A stretch of DNA of 64,000 bases from Lytechinus pictus (lineage: Eukaryota), in contig NC_087245.1 of NCBI RefSeq assembly GCF_037042905.1, positions 17,548,001 to 17,612,000 of the forward strand, written 5' to 3'. Every line of letters begins with the position of its first letter. The first letter of the stretch is position 1. Below the pieces are notes generated by a model. That model was not told where the DNA came from, searched no databases, and saw only the letters and a list, made by a program, of their open reading frames with translations. Below are positions 25,901 through 38,300 of the stretch, in pieces. Made by a program: the position numbers and the translations under genes.

Positions 25901-27248
25901 TAACAAAGTTATGACATTATATAGATTTGCATTATATATTTCATATTTTCATACATGTGTGTGTGATATATCTTTATCATGATAAAATAAGTTGCAGCCA
26001 TGAATATCTCATATATTATATCAATTGTCTATCCTTTTGTATTTTGTTCTTAAAGAAAAAAATGAATAAACATACTTTCATGTAAAAAAATACAAAAGAA
26101 CAAGTGGGGATATGATATTATCGGTCTACTCATGAAGACATTATATAGATTTGCATTATTTCGGTGAAACAGTTCTAAACATGTCTTCATGAGTAGACCG
26201 ATAATATCATTTCCCCACTTGTTCTTTTGTATTTTTTTTACATGAAAGTATGTTTATTCATTTTTTTCTTTAAGAACAAAATATAAAAGGATAGACAATT
26301 GATATAATATATGAGATATTCATGGCTGCAACTTATTTTATCATGATAAAGATATATCACACACACATGTATGAAAATATGAAATAAATATGATTTCATG
26401 TAACAACATAAAAAGGTAAAGTGGGGAGGTGACATCATCAGTCCACCTACTGAATATTCATGCAGCGTTCAAATAACTGTTTCACAATATTGCTGAATTT
26501 TAATATTCAATAACTTTGTTATTTGTAATTCGATTTTAATGAAATTTTCGTCGTTTGGCTCGGTGAATTTTACTCTAGACAAATAAACTTAGATATAATA
26601 ATTTTCAACCCGGAGTAACCCTTTATTCTGATGTTGATTACATTTTCAATGTAATGCTTGTTTAAATTTATTTTAAAGTAAATGAATAAAGATATTAATG
26701 AATTAATTGAAAAAAAATAGATAAAATATAATGACGTGACAAAAAATTAATGAATTACAAAATAATATTTATGCACGGAGCATTTTTCAACTTAGGGGCC
26801 CTACGAAAAAAAGAAGTAAAAATTAAAGTGCTGATACTTAGATCCTCGGGTGCGATACGTCAGACATATTTTCATTATATTTTCTCTTCAATCGCAATCT
26901 TGAATTTACATGACTGTTTTAAGGTTCTATATAGTCTTAGACTAAATTCAATTTAATGTATGTATTTACTATCTTCAACAAAGCTACAGAATCGGGTTTT
27001 CATCATATACCGGTACTGCAGGAGAAGGGCTAGATGCAGCCAACGGACAGGACTTCTCAACCTATGACAATGACCATGATGACAACTGGTCTAATTGTGC
27101 TTCTTGGTGCAAAGGGGGGTGGTGGTATAACGACTGTTATACATCCAACTTGAATGGGGTACACGGACTCCAAACTGGTGTGACAGCGATTATTTGGGAT
27201 TACTCTAACTCAAAATACATGAGAGCTACAGAAATGAAGTTAAGATGA
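16926..27248 (+). CDS. Fibrinogen C-terminal domain protein (ficolin/tachylectin/MFAP4-like FReD) with mucin-like stalk, copy B; possible pseudogene
   Basis: Exons 16926-16949, 17522-17591, [18064-18243, in-frame TGA at 18156], 19177-19329, 19753-19914, 20338-20717, 21053-21264, 26984-27248. All have GT-AG sites with compatible phases. Open for 421 aa if the 180-nt symmetric exon is skipped. Confidence 0.75.
16986..17153. mobile_element. 168-bp hairpin MITE, CACTG termini, TA TSD (copy B intron 1 only)
   Basis: TA-CACTGTAAAAAATGAAGTGCTA...TAGCACTTTATTTTTTACAGTG-TA; empty site TACTATTATC in C and D. Confidence 0.9.
18780..20480 (+). repeat. Intragenic tandem repeat of about 580 bp (intron + S/T exon), three units in copy B
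   Basis: Exon starts at 19177, 19753 and 20338 (spacing 576 and 585), with repeated intron sequence. Copies C and D have two units. Confidence 0.9.
21557..25051. mobile_element. Same Academ-like foldback (copy B), centre replaced
   Basis: Same termini; about 22549-23709 is foreign sequence. Confidence 0.8.
22660..23280. repeat. GGCGCC-core minisatellite with higher-order structure
   Basis: Subunits of about 20 bp. The block AACCGGCGCCGATC(A/T)AGGATAATCAG recurs at about 22679, 22913 and 23139. Confidence 0.9.
25806..26621. mobile_element. Kolobok-like MITE at a TTAA-like site (also about 43298-44039; truncated at 8942-9300 and about 57839-58333)
   Basis: TTAA-GGGGTACTCCAGGCTGAAAAT...ATTTTCAACCCGGAGTAACCC-TTTA. 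The family call is inference. Confidence 0.65.
26984..27248 (+). CDS. Terminal FReD exon, copy B (not in the ORF track)
   Basis: AAG acceptor, phase 2. YRIGFSSYTGTAGEGLDAANGQDFSTYDNDHDDNWSNCASWCKGGWWYNDCYTSNLNGVHGLQTGVTAIIWDYSNSKYMRATEMKLR*. Confidence 0.93.
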
Positions 27249-29639
27249 TCGGATTGATCCATGTTGTTGTCATTCCTTTCTACCTAATTTTTTAAGTTCT
27301 TATACATAGTTATTTTAAAGGACAATGTAGTCCAAGTGATTGTGTATATTAGAGAATCACTTGAAAAACAGGAATAAGCAATTTAAACATATTTCATGTA
27401 ATGATCTATATCTATAATGGATTTCATGTCAACATGGTAACACGAACATGGGCCTCATGTTTCGGAGGGGGGGGGGGGGATGGGCTGCTCACGTATAATG
27501 GTAGAACCGGTACGTGGCTCTTAAGACCCCTTTTCACTCATTGACCAACCCGTTCTCCCTCGCTCCTTCATGTCCTAACTAAGCCCTTTATTTTATTCGT
27601 CAGTTCTCGATGACCACATTTCATTGTAAATTCCACCCACCCCCCCCCCCAAAAAAAATGCAGAACTTCAGTTCTTAAGAGTATGGCATCTGATTTTCTG
27701 GCCAAACATCCGTATCCTTTCCAATCCGAGTGGGGGGGGGGTGCCTCTCACTGAAAAACCAGTCCAGAATGATAGTCCTTTCTCAAGAGCTTTCAAGACA
27801 CTGGACCCTGGTTCATTTCACACCTTAAGGGCGCCACCTATTGCTGTTCTTTACCAGGAAACGAAACAAAACTGTTTATTCATATTTATTTATCAAAACC
27901 TAATAGACAATCATTATTCGGAGTTGTTAAAACTCATATTAGTGAAAAGTGCGTAAGTTTCAATATTTTACATCAAATCCAGACAATAACAGACTGTCAT
28001 GAAAATAGCATTTTTCTCGTGACAATTTTATTTCCACTCTGCAAAATCCCAGCCATGGCGTAATTTCTTTCAGCAAGAAATTTATCCACATTGTGCTGCA
28101 CTCAACCCAGGTGAGGTGAATGGGTACCCGGTAGGAAGAAATTCCTTGAATGCTTGAGCAGCCCAGCTAAAGCCAGGGTAATAATAATAGCAGGGCCCGC
28201 TGGGAGAACAGTTTTCAGAACTGAAGTGACTTCCCTGTGTAAATATACCTATATAACTATATTATTATAAAATACGTACCTTTTAAATTTATCTTTGATA
28301 CAACCGATGTAGAAGAAGCTTGGCTATTATAGTATGACGTATAAATTTATATGTCTCTCTCTCTCACTTACACACTCTCCCCTGCATGATTTTCTATTAT
28401 TCATGCCATGTAAGTAGACTTAAGATTTTGACGAAATACTGTTATCTTTTTGTTTATCTGCTTATATTCCTCAAATTGTATATTTGTTTTGCATAACCTT
28501 GTATTTTTGTTTTGAACAAAATATTGGCGAATGCCAGTGATGCTCTAATAATAAATTCAGTTCAATTCATGTTAGCAGTAAACAAACATACTCCAAGGAA
28601 GAAAAAAACGAGCTCGGTCTAAAGTCTGTCCTTGGATGTACGGCGAGTTAATTAGTGAGATGAATAGACGAAATAAGTTTCATAAAATGATATTAAAGTA
28701 TAATTGCTCAGAATAAACTGACAATGGACAAAACATCGAGAATTATCGTTTACCCTTTCAAGCCACTTTAAATTTTAATGTGGAAGTGTGTGGACATTTG
28801 TAAAATGTTGATTTATAACTTGTCAAATTTTGAGGATTTTCACATTTTTGAACTGTCTGACTGTTATTATACCATATTTCACCCAATTTCTGGATATATT
28901 AATGTTTTGATATATATTTCTTCATGTGTTTATTTAATATCCACATTTTGTGATCAAATAAAATTGGAAATATTCGCAATTATCTATTTTCAACAAAACT
29001 CACTTTTCAGTTTTCCCATGAACAGATGAAACTGGCGGCATCACAGGTCGCCAACAAAGGCTACATTGCACCTGTGTATTCTTTTGTACTTCTTTATTAA
29101 TCGAAATACATGAATAAATTTGCATTTCGTTGACACTCCATCTTTTTTACCTCCATGGAATTATCGACCAATTTCTCTCCTTAGTTATAATTTTTATCGA
29201 AGATTCAAGAGAGAGCTGTAGTTGCGTAACTATGGGGGGGGGGAGATAACGGAGGAAAATGAAGAGAATTGAGAAAGGAAGAAAGAGAGACATTGTGACA
29301 GACATTGTGGGAAATGAAAGAAGGGGAATGTAAGTAATATTATTTTGATAATTTGATGAAAAATAATGTGCATAGGGTCTATGTGCTCATCACTCCTGGT
29401 GCTCATATTGTCTGATTAGATACATAATCCCGTTCAAGAGGATTAAATGGAGCCATGCATTTTCAAGTCATACACCAAATATTTTTCCTCGAGCGCTCGC
29501 CAGGCCTATATTCGCTTTGTGAATTAGGATATCCCTCGCTTCGCTCGGGAAGCAGCCGCCAGGGCCTCGACAAGCATGACAAGAGGCTACGTCAGTGGCT
29601 GTTCAGACAGCAGCATCAAATGCAGCACCATCAACCGGA

Positions 29640-29960
29640 AAAATTATGCAATAAAAATGATTTCTACAGGAGCACCTCAAGGCTCAGTCCTTGGGCCGCT
29701 GCTATTTACCATCTTTATTAACGATCTACCAATACAAGTCGAGACGTTTTTTCATGTACTGTTGTAATGTTTGGTCTAATCGATTTCTAAACAGTAACGA
29801 AATAAGCACATAACGAAATAAGCACAATAACGATGAGCACATAGACCCTATGCACATTATTTTTCATCAACTGCACAAGCGTGCAGCGTATAGGGCTATT
29901 AGCCTATATCCGGTTTCTCTTGGATGACCCCATCAAAACACGTATTTTATCAACTTACAA
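29640..29960 (+). mobile_element. Decayed LINE RT fragment (duplicate)
   Basis: STGAPQGSVLGPLLFTIFINDLP. Confidence 0.8.
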
Positions 29961-31072
29961 CCAGCACAAAAAAATGTTGATTTGATTTGAATAAAAAGAG
30001 AAAATCAAACAAGCATAACACTTAAAATTTCATCAGAATCGGTTGTAAAATGAGAAAGTTATGACATTTTAAAGTTTTGCTTAATTTCACAAAACAGTTA
30101 TACAAATACTGGTCGGTATGCAAATGAGGAGACTGGTGATGCCATCCACTCACTATTTCTTTGTATTTTAGTATATGAAATATGTAATATTCTCATTTTC
30201 TCCTCATCGTCAAGTGAAATAACGATTAATTCCTCCCTGAACCCGTGGAATTAACATTGTATAGATGTGGACGTCATTGGACGAAACTGGGTCGACGGAC
30301 GAACTGACGGACAATTTGGTCGAAATGATTATGTCGGGGCACTGTGGGCAATGGTAATTGACCTGAATCAGCAAAGCCCCCCCCCAAAAAAAAAAAAAAA
30401 AAAAAAAACGAAAGAAGGAAGGAAAGAAAAATGGGATAAGGTAATCAATTTCAATGGGGTTTTATTGACCAAATGTCGTATATTCCCTGGAATCTTTCCG
30501 TCATCTGACAAAAGAAAACAAAAGACACCTTTGTTTCAAGACTCGTAAAATTTACAACATTTTTAGGCGTAATTCATATATTCCCATGTCCCACTTTTTT
30601 AATACATTTTTTAGTTATTTATCTGCATCTTCACTTCGTTGTTGCGTTGTATTAAGTTATACTAATTGTCTTGTTATTGTATTTCTATATCATAAAAGCC
30701 AAGTCCACCCCAACAATCAAGAAGTGGATTTGGAGAAAGTGGAGAAAAATCTCGGAGAAAAATCAAACTACTATAATTATAACGCTGCATCATGAGACGG
30801 CTAGTCTGATTGGAGGTTTACTAGGCATTTAATTAATTAAAGTTCTCATCGAGGAAAAGTTCTTCATCACGGTCAAGTGTTAAATAATGCTTGATCGAGA
30901 GTTCAATAACTCTCTAAACTATTGTGGTGGCAGCATACTATTTTTAAAAGGTTATTTTGATAGAGTCTCGCGTTACAATAGAGACGGACACATTACCTCA
31001 AAAGGCAAATCCTTGATGGGCCTATTTAAAGTGACCCATTTTGCAAATTGCATGTCTTTTCTCTAAACACTC

Positions 31073-34000
31073 TGTTGGGACGGATCCGAGTATTTATGAA
31101 TTTGGTGGAGAAAATGTTATGTTTCCCTTTAAAAAAACGAAAGACAAATCAAACACACCAATCAATCAGACTAGGAAAAAGGAAAAACTTAACAAGCAAC
31201 AACAAGCACGGCGACTCAACATCCCAACTTTTTAACTACGTGATCATTGCAACAAATGATCTTTCATCGGTTTTTTTGTGCTATTTGACCTCAGGAATAA
31301 CATACTAAAAATCTACCAAAATCTGCATCCGGGGCTGAGTGGTTATTTTCAACATGGCGTCCAAGATGGCCGCAATTCACTGAAAATGGATACAACTGAC
31401 TTATTATCCACCCTAGAATCCTATTTCGGTTAATAATCCATGGTCTAGGGGTAAAAAATGTTGATACAGGCTAAAGTGAATTATAGCCCCTCCAGTGTAC
31501 CTGGCAAATCCAAGATGGCGCCCAAAATGGCTGCCGTAGACTGAAAATCCACAATTCATCTAAGTGGCTTTAATTTTGTTTTTATTCAATGATTTTTAGG
31601 GTGAAGTAGTACATTTGAACAAGTTACAAGGACAGCCAGTGGTCTAGTGTGTCCAAAAATCCAAGATGGCTTCAAAAAATGTTTTAAATGGCTGTTGATC
31701 ATTAAAATGGACATAGTTCATTTCATATCCACCTGGGACATAATGATTTGTGTGTCTATGCCATAGTTAAATGGGTCAAATAATACATTGGGACAAGTTA
31801 CAAGGAAAGTCAGTGGTCTAGTATGTGCAAAAATCCGCGATGGGTTCCAAATATTGAGTCTGAAATGGCTGCTAATACTTAAAGCGGACATAACTCATTT
31901 CATTTTGGCATGGGAGATGTGACTTCAATGTCTAAACCACTGGTTTCAAGGGTCAAATAATACATTAGGATAAGTTACAAGGACTGTCAGTGATCTGATA
32001 TGTCCAAAAATCGAAGATGGCTTCCAAAAATTGATCTTAAAAATAGGCTGCTTATTCTTAAAGCGGACAAAGCTCATTTCATATTGGCCTGAGAGATGTG
32101 ATTTTGGTATCTAAACCACTGGTTTCAAGGGTCAATTAATACATTAGGACAAGTTACAAGGACAGTCAGTCGCCTGGTATTTCAAAAAACGTATGTTGGC
32201 TTCCAAAAATTAATTCTAAATTGACTGCTGTTACTTAAAGCGGGCATAGCTTATTTCATATCGGCCTGGGATATGCGATTTTGGTGTCTAAACCACTGGT
32301 TTCAAGGGTCAAAATATTCATTAGGACAAGTTTTAAGGACAGTCAGTGGTCTGGTATGACCAAAAATCCAATATGGCTTCCAAAAATTGATTCTAAAATG
32401 GCTGCTGATACTTAAAAGTGGCATAGCTCATTTTATATCCGCCTGTGATTTGATTTCGGTGTCTAAACTATGGTTTTTAGGGTCAAATCATATATTAGGA
32501 TAAGTTACAATGACAGTCAGTGATCTAGTATGTCCGAAATTCAAAGATGGCTTCCAAAAATGGAGTAAAAATATGTCTGATGTTACTAATAAAATGAGAT
32601 AGTTTGTTCCATATGTGTCTGGGGAATATGAGTTCGGTGTCTAAACCGTGGTTTAAAGGGCCTAGTAATACACTAGGGTAAGTTACAAGATGACTTAAAA
32701 AATTGGGTGAAACTTGACTGTTGTTACTTAAAATTATACATAGTTTATTAGAAATACACCTCGGAGGTATGATTTTACTGTCTATACTAGAGTTTAAAGG
32801 GTCAAGTAATACATTGGGTTAAATTGAAAGGACAGTCAGATGTCAGGTATGTCCGAAAATTGAAGATGGCTTTAAAATTGGGGGTCTTAAATGACTGTTG
32901 TTACTTAAAATTAGATAAAGAACATTACAAATACACATTGGGGATATTATTTTGGTATCTACACTAGGGTTTCAAGGGTAAAAAATACTTTGTGACTGGT
33001 TACCATGATATGCAGTTATCCATTTTGCCTTAAAATCCAAGTTGGCTGTAAAAATGGGTTGTAAAGTGACTGTTGTTAATTAAAAATTGACATAGTTCAT
33101 ACAATATCCACCTGTGAAAAATGATCTTGGTGCCTACACTTAAATGCATGGGGAGAAATTATCATATTGTTTCATGAGTTGGTAACAGCACCCATTTTGA
33201 TGAAATTTTAGAATCCGCCATGGATTTTTTGGACAAAATGGAATACTAACCATCCTTATTACTTGTCCGAATGTATCATTTGACCCTTCATACCAAAATT
33301 TAAACACCAACATTATTTCTTACAGATAGATATTGCAGAACTCTGACCATTATTGAGTGATATGAATCGTTTTAGATGTCTTTTTTGAAAACCCTCTTGG
33401 ACAACTGCATATCCATGTAACCAGTCCAAACGTATTATTTCAACCATGAAACCAAAGTGTGTACACCGAAATCATATCTTCTTGGTGGATTTTAAATGAA
33501 CTATGTCAATTTTTAAAGTAACAGCAGTCACTTTAGACTCCGATTTTTTGGAAGCCATCTTGGAATGACGACATACTGGACCACTGACTGTCCTTGTAAC
33601 TAATTTTCTGACTTTTAAAACCATGGTAAAGACATCGAAATCATATACCCTTGATGGATATTACATGAGCTATATCCATTTGTAAATACCAGCGGCTAAT
33701 TTATACTATTTTTTAAGCCACTGTGGACTTTTGGGCAAACTTGACCACCCTTCGTCCTTGTAACTTATCCCAATGTATTATTTGACAATTGAAAGCATGG
33801 TCTAGACACCGAAATCATATCTCCCAGGTGGATATTATATGAGCTATGTCAATTTTAAGTATCAACAGCCATTTTAAACTCAATTTTTGGAAGCCATCGT
33901 GGATTTTTGGACACACCAGACCACTGGCTGTCCTTGTAACTTGTACCGATGTACTACTTCACCATCAAAACCATTGAATGAAAACAAAATTAAAGCCACT

Positions 34001-34763
34001 TAAGTAAGTAATAAATGAATTTTTTGTTTTTTAGCCTCCGGAAGCCATTTTGGGCGCCATCTTGGAATTTCCTGGTACCCAAGAACACTAATATTCACTC
34101 TAACTTGTATCAATAAATTATTTTACCCACTGGAACATGGAATATGTACCTAAATAGGATTCTAGGGTGGATAATGAGTGAGTTATATCCATTTTCAGTG
34201 AATGGCGGCCATCTTGGACGCCATCTTGAAAATAACTACTTTCCCACATGCGGATTTTGGTAGATTTTTAGTATGTTATTCCTGAGGTCAAATAGTACAA
34301 AAAACAGTTGAAAAATCATTTGTTGCAATTTGTTCCGGGTCAAACCATATAATGAAATGATAGAAAAAGATGCAACCAAAATTAAACACAGACAACTCTG
34401 CTGAAGTATCAGCAACCGGTTTTTTTTTAAGAGTCGAGTATCGTTAATTAAGAATGCACGAAACCGCCCTTACAGGGCGAGATCTAATTGGTCATTTTGC
34501 GTAACCAAGAAAAACATTATTTACATAATATTACTCAGTCCGTGTCTCTTAGGGTTCAACACGTATCGGAAATGCTTTCTTTTGAAATTCATCTGCTGTT
34601 CGGAAAATACTGTCTTTAATAATAACAGGGGGAAATTTCTTTGCGTCCAACAAAAAAAATCAAAATTGCTTTTGATTCTTTTTTTTTTTTTTTACACATT
34701 ATCACATAAACGTATTTCAGGCTTCTTTGATATCATAAAATAAACTCAGAAATTGTCACAACA
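31073..34763. mobile_element. 3.7-kb insertion with TGT...ACA ends and 4-bp TSD (Ginger-like, or LTR-derived)
   Basis: ACTC-TGTTGGGAC...GTCACAACA-ACTC; empty sites at about 16381 and 50433 (CTCTAAACAACCTCTAAATG). Confidence 0.8.
31246..34329. mobile_element. Nested foldback element with subrepeats of about 177 bp
   Basis: ATTGCAACAAATGAT...TGACCTCAGGAATAACATACTAAAAATCTACCAAAATC is mirrored at about 34254-34329. The motif AAGTTACAAGGACAGTCAGTGGTCT recurs every about 177 bp and flips orientation near 33200. Confidence 0.85.
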
Positions 34764-35166
34764 ACTCTCTAAATGTAAACTGAAACTAATCAAACTAATT
34801 ACTATGTCAGAGTTGTGTAAAGGGCCTATCCCATTCAACAAAATCTAAGGCAATATTTTTTTATTTTGCTTAAATCTGTTTGCCAGAGTGCACATATTGA
34901 CTCTTATCCTCGGTAAACTTCAGCAAAAGTTGCCATAATTAAGCGAACCTTTAAATAAAATTCACAATTATCGTTTATACCATCACGACAACTTGATACT
35001 TTAGATATAGTGTATACCAATTTGATGAGCATCAATAGCAAAGGCCAGAAATTGCAGAATAAATATAATATTCATGAACGTCTTTGTGATAGCTAATTAT
35101 GTCCTTCATACAAACGTCCTTGGCTCGATGGCGTTATTCTCCCATGCAGCGGATGGGAGGCCTCGA

Positions 35167-35173
35167 TATAAAA
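35167..35173 (+). promoter_or_regulatory. Putative TATA box, copy C
   Basis: TATAAAA at the homologous position. Confidence 0.5.
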
Positions 35174-35305
35174 TGTTGATATCATTACTGTAACAACGGC
35201 ACATTCAGATGAACACATTCTTCATTCCGAGAGAGGAACTATACCTCTTTCACACTTTACGAAACTATTTGAAGATTTCCTTCTGCTGCTCTCAGGACTC
35301 GGTGC

Positions 35306-38300
35306 ATGAAAAAAACATCAGTAATCATGGTAAGCTCATACTTTCTATTATTATTATTATTACTATTATCTTTATTATTATTATTATCATTATCGCAGAT
35401 TTCATATCCGTCATGATTTATCATGGACATAATTACGGTTTCATGATGTTTACTTTTACTTCTTAGGCCAATTTTCCATTTCCTTTCTTGGTCAATAAAA
35501 AAAATGAACTAAAATAGTTGCCAGTTATGTACATGTTGCACTCCTGTATTTGTCCCCCCCCCCCCCTCATCTCTCCATATATATATCTCTCTCTCCCTCC
35601 TTGAACAGTCTTGAAAACAAGTCCTTATTCTTTTTTAATGTTCGATTTATTTAGGGAAAATTGATTTTGTATTCAGTTACGTCCATCACAATCGTCATGG
35701 AATTCTTAATTGATATATCTTTCTGCTTCTTTCAGTCTGTTGTATGCTCATCACAGAGTTTGCCTATTTTCCTGTTCCTCATTCCAGTGAGTTTCGTTCA
35801 TGGTGGTAAGTTTGAATTTGATATTTTGACCCTTTTTTATTTGTATTGATTATCATGATTACAAACAGAACATCTCATAATTACTGTAGACAAAAAGAAA
35901 AACAACATAGAAAAGATAACTAAAATAATAATCAGAATAACAATATCAATAAGAATATAAAGTGACCCTGTTTTTAATCATACACTTTCTTCTTATAATA
36001 TTTTTGCGATTTATAAATCGCGGTATAATCTGTGAAGAGAATGTAATGTTGGATTATAACATAGCCAATCCTTACTATCTTTTCAACAGTAAAGTAAATT
36101 GTGGAGAAAACACTCGGAATGATCACGAATGTATCATAGATCCCGTGATCCCACTTTTATTTTTTGTAACTTCCAGTTTAGTTCATACTTCAGTACTTTA
36201 CATATTTAAAAGAAATATTCGGGGAAACGCATAAACGATCAAAATTACCGTCTTGTCGATTTTTTTTAACAATACAGTTGCTGAATTAAAAGAGCTTTGC
36301 GACCCAGACCCTTTATCATGTAAGAACATCACTCTATCTGGAGGGAGATCGATTCAATTCATTCGAAGATTAGCATCAACATCAAACGATCCTGAACCAG
36401 TTCTGGTAAAACTCCCATCTTGGCGCCATTTTGTCTGTGTTTTACCGAAAAGAAATGGTGAGTGCATAAAAACGATCTTCTACATATATTTTGGACATGA
36501 TAGGCCTATGTCCCCTTACATCATAAGATTTCGCAAAAATATTTTCAAGGCTATTTGGATTACAGTTGCTCATTTCACCTTTCTTTAGATGGGTATTATG
36601 ACCGGTTCTCTCGAGCCATTTGGCGCATCTTCCTCCCGGATCTTCCTGTTCCTATAATATGCTAAAGAGATACTGTAACCGGCGTGTGGTTTATCGTGTT
36701 TAAGTATTTCTGGAGGAGCCGCATCTGTTACAGGTGCTCTTCGAATTGTTATTTTTGTGTGACATTGTAGAGTTTTGCTTCTGACCAAATTGCTTTGTTG
36801 CACCAGATATGCAAAAGTCTATACTTGTTATTCATTGGCAGTGGAACGGTTTTGAAAGGGGGAGGGGCTGAACATACACAAAATCGCAATCATGGTAATT
36901 TTTGCGTTTTTGTACAAAGTTTTGGGAAAAGTGGGGCTGAAGCCATGTTAATCTGTAAATGTGGAAGGGTCTGGTTAATTAAAGACTTCATTATTAACTT
37001 TTCCCCTTGTTTGTCTTTTATTTCGGATCGTGCTTTCCTACTATATCTTTTGCAAAGAGCAATTTTGTACGATTCGTATTGACTGCATCCTATGCAGTCT
37101 GCTTCCTCTTCTTGAACCATGGACCGTGTTTTACAGTGTTTCGTAAATATCTTATCGATAATAGTACAATGTGCCTTTACACTATCTTCTATAGGCCGGC
37201 CAGACCGGATTCGTTAACGTTTTTGCTTTCTTCCATCATCATGATCATGATATGTGTCCATGTTTCTACTACAAGAAGTTCTGTCCCAATACAATCATCA
37301 TCCGTAAATAGTTTTTTAATTAGCATTATTATATCGTCTTTGTATTATTATGTCAATATCGTAGAGACTCCTACGGATGCATCACCACCACTAGAAACTC
37401 TCGATGGAGGAAGTTCGACAACTTCGCCAGAAATTTCATCCAGTGGAGCAACTGAAGCTTCGTCAGAACAAGCAATGTCAGGCTCTTCGACTACTCCATC
37501 AGAACCTACGACCAATGGTAAAACAAGACCCCAGCCCCCCTTCTCGGTTCCGTGGCCCATGTTTATCTGTAATAGCTCCATGGTTAAAGTGATAGGCCCG
37601 TATTCTGAAGTCAGGTTTAAGCTAAACTCAGGTTTAAAGTTGTGGTTTAAGTATGGACAGCCAAAAGTATCAATTTTTTTATTAAGTTGTACGTTTCTTA
37701 TGTTTACTGTGCTCTTTCTTGATTCATCGATGGTGAAGACAATAATCTATATATACTTCCTAGACAATTATGAATGATTTGAGAGCCAAATGAGCTGAAA
37801 TATGATATCCCTACTGTTAGTGATTTATGTAACAATTGGCTGTCCATACTTAAACCACAACTTTAAACCTGAGTTTAAGTTAAACCCGACTTCAGAATAC
37901 GGGCCATAGGGTCTGATAACACTTCCGTAATGATTTTCCTCGTTTGTCCTTTAAGTCGGATCGTGCATTCCTCCTAACTCTTTTGCAATTTGGTAGCGCG
38001 ATTTTGCACGATTCTTATTGACCCAATCCTGTGCAGTCTTTTTCCTTTTCTTGAACCATGGATCATGTTTTTCATTGTTCCTTTAATGTCTCATCGAGAA
38101 AAGTGCTACTATCAATGTTTCTTCTAGACCAGACCGGTTTTGCTAATGTTTTTGCTCTCTTCCATTCATCTATGATAATAATAATAATAATATAGGGTAT
38201 TTATATTGCGCACATATCCACCTTGTTAGGTGCTCAAGGCGCTCCTATATTACCCGGCTAAGCTAGGCGTTCTTCCATGTTCCTACACGAAGTTCTGTCC

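Noticed and set aside
36589..36780. Additional exon after a good acceptor (TTTCTTTAG/ATGGG; also about 18375 and 52259)
   Set aside because: The phase-1 frame DGYYDRFSRAIWRIFLPDLPVPII..C hits TAA in all three copies and there is no strong donor. It could be a decayed or alternative terminal exon, but this is unsupported.
37007..37777. 256-aa single-exon ORF
   Set aside because: Intron read-through around the 153-nt S/T exon plus MITE sequence; not open in the paralogues.
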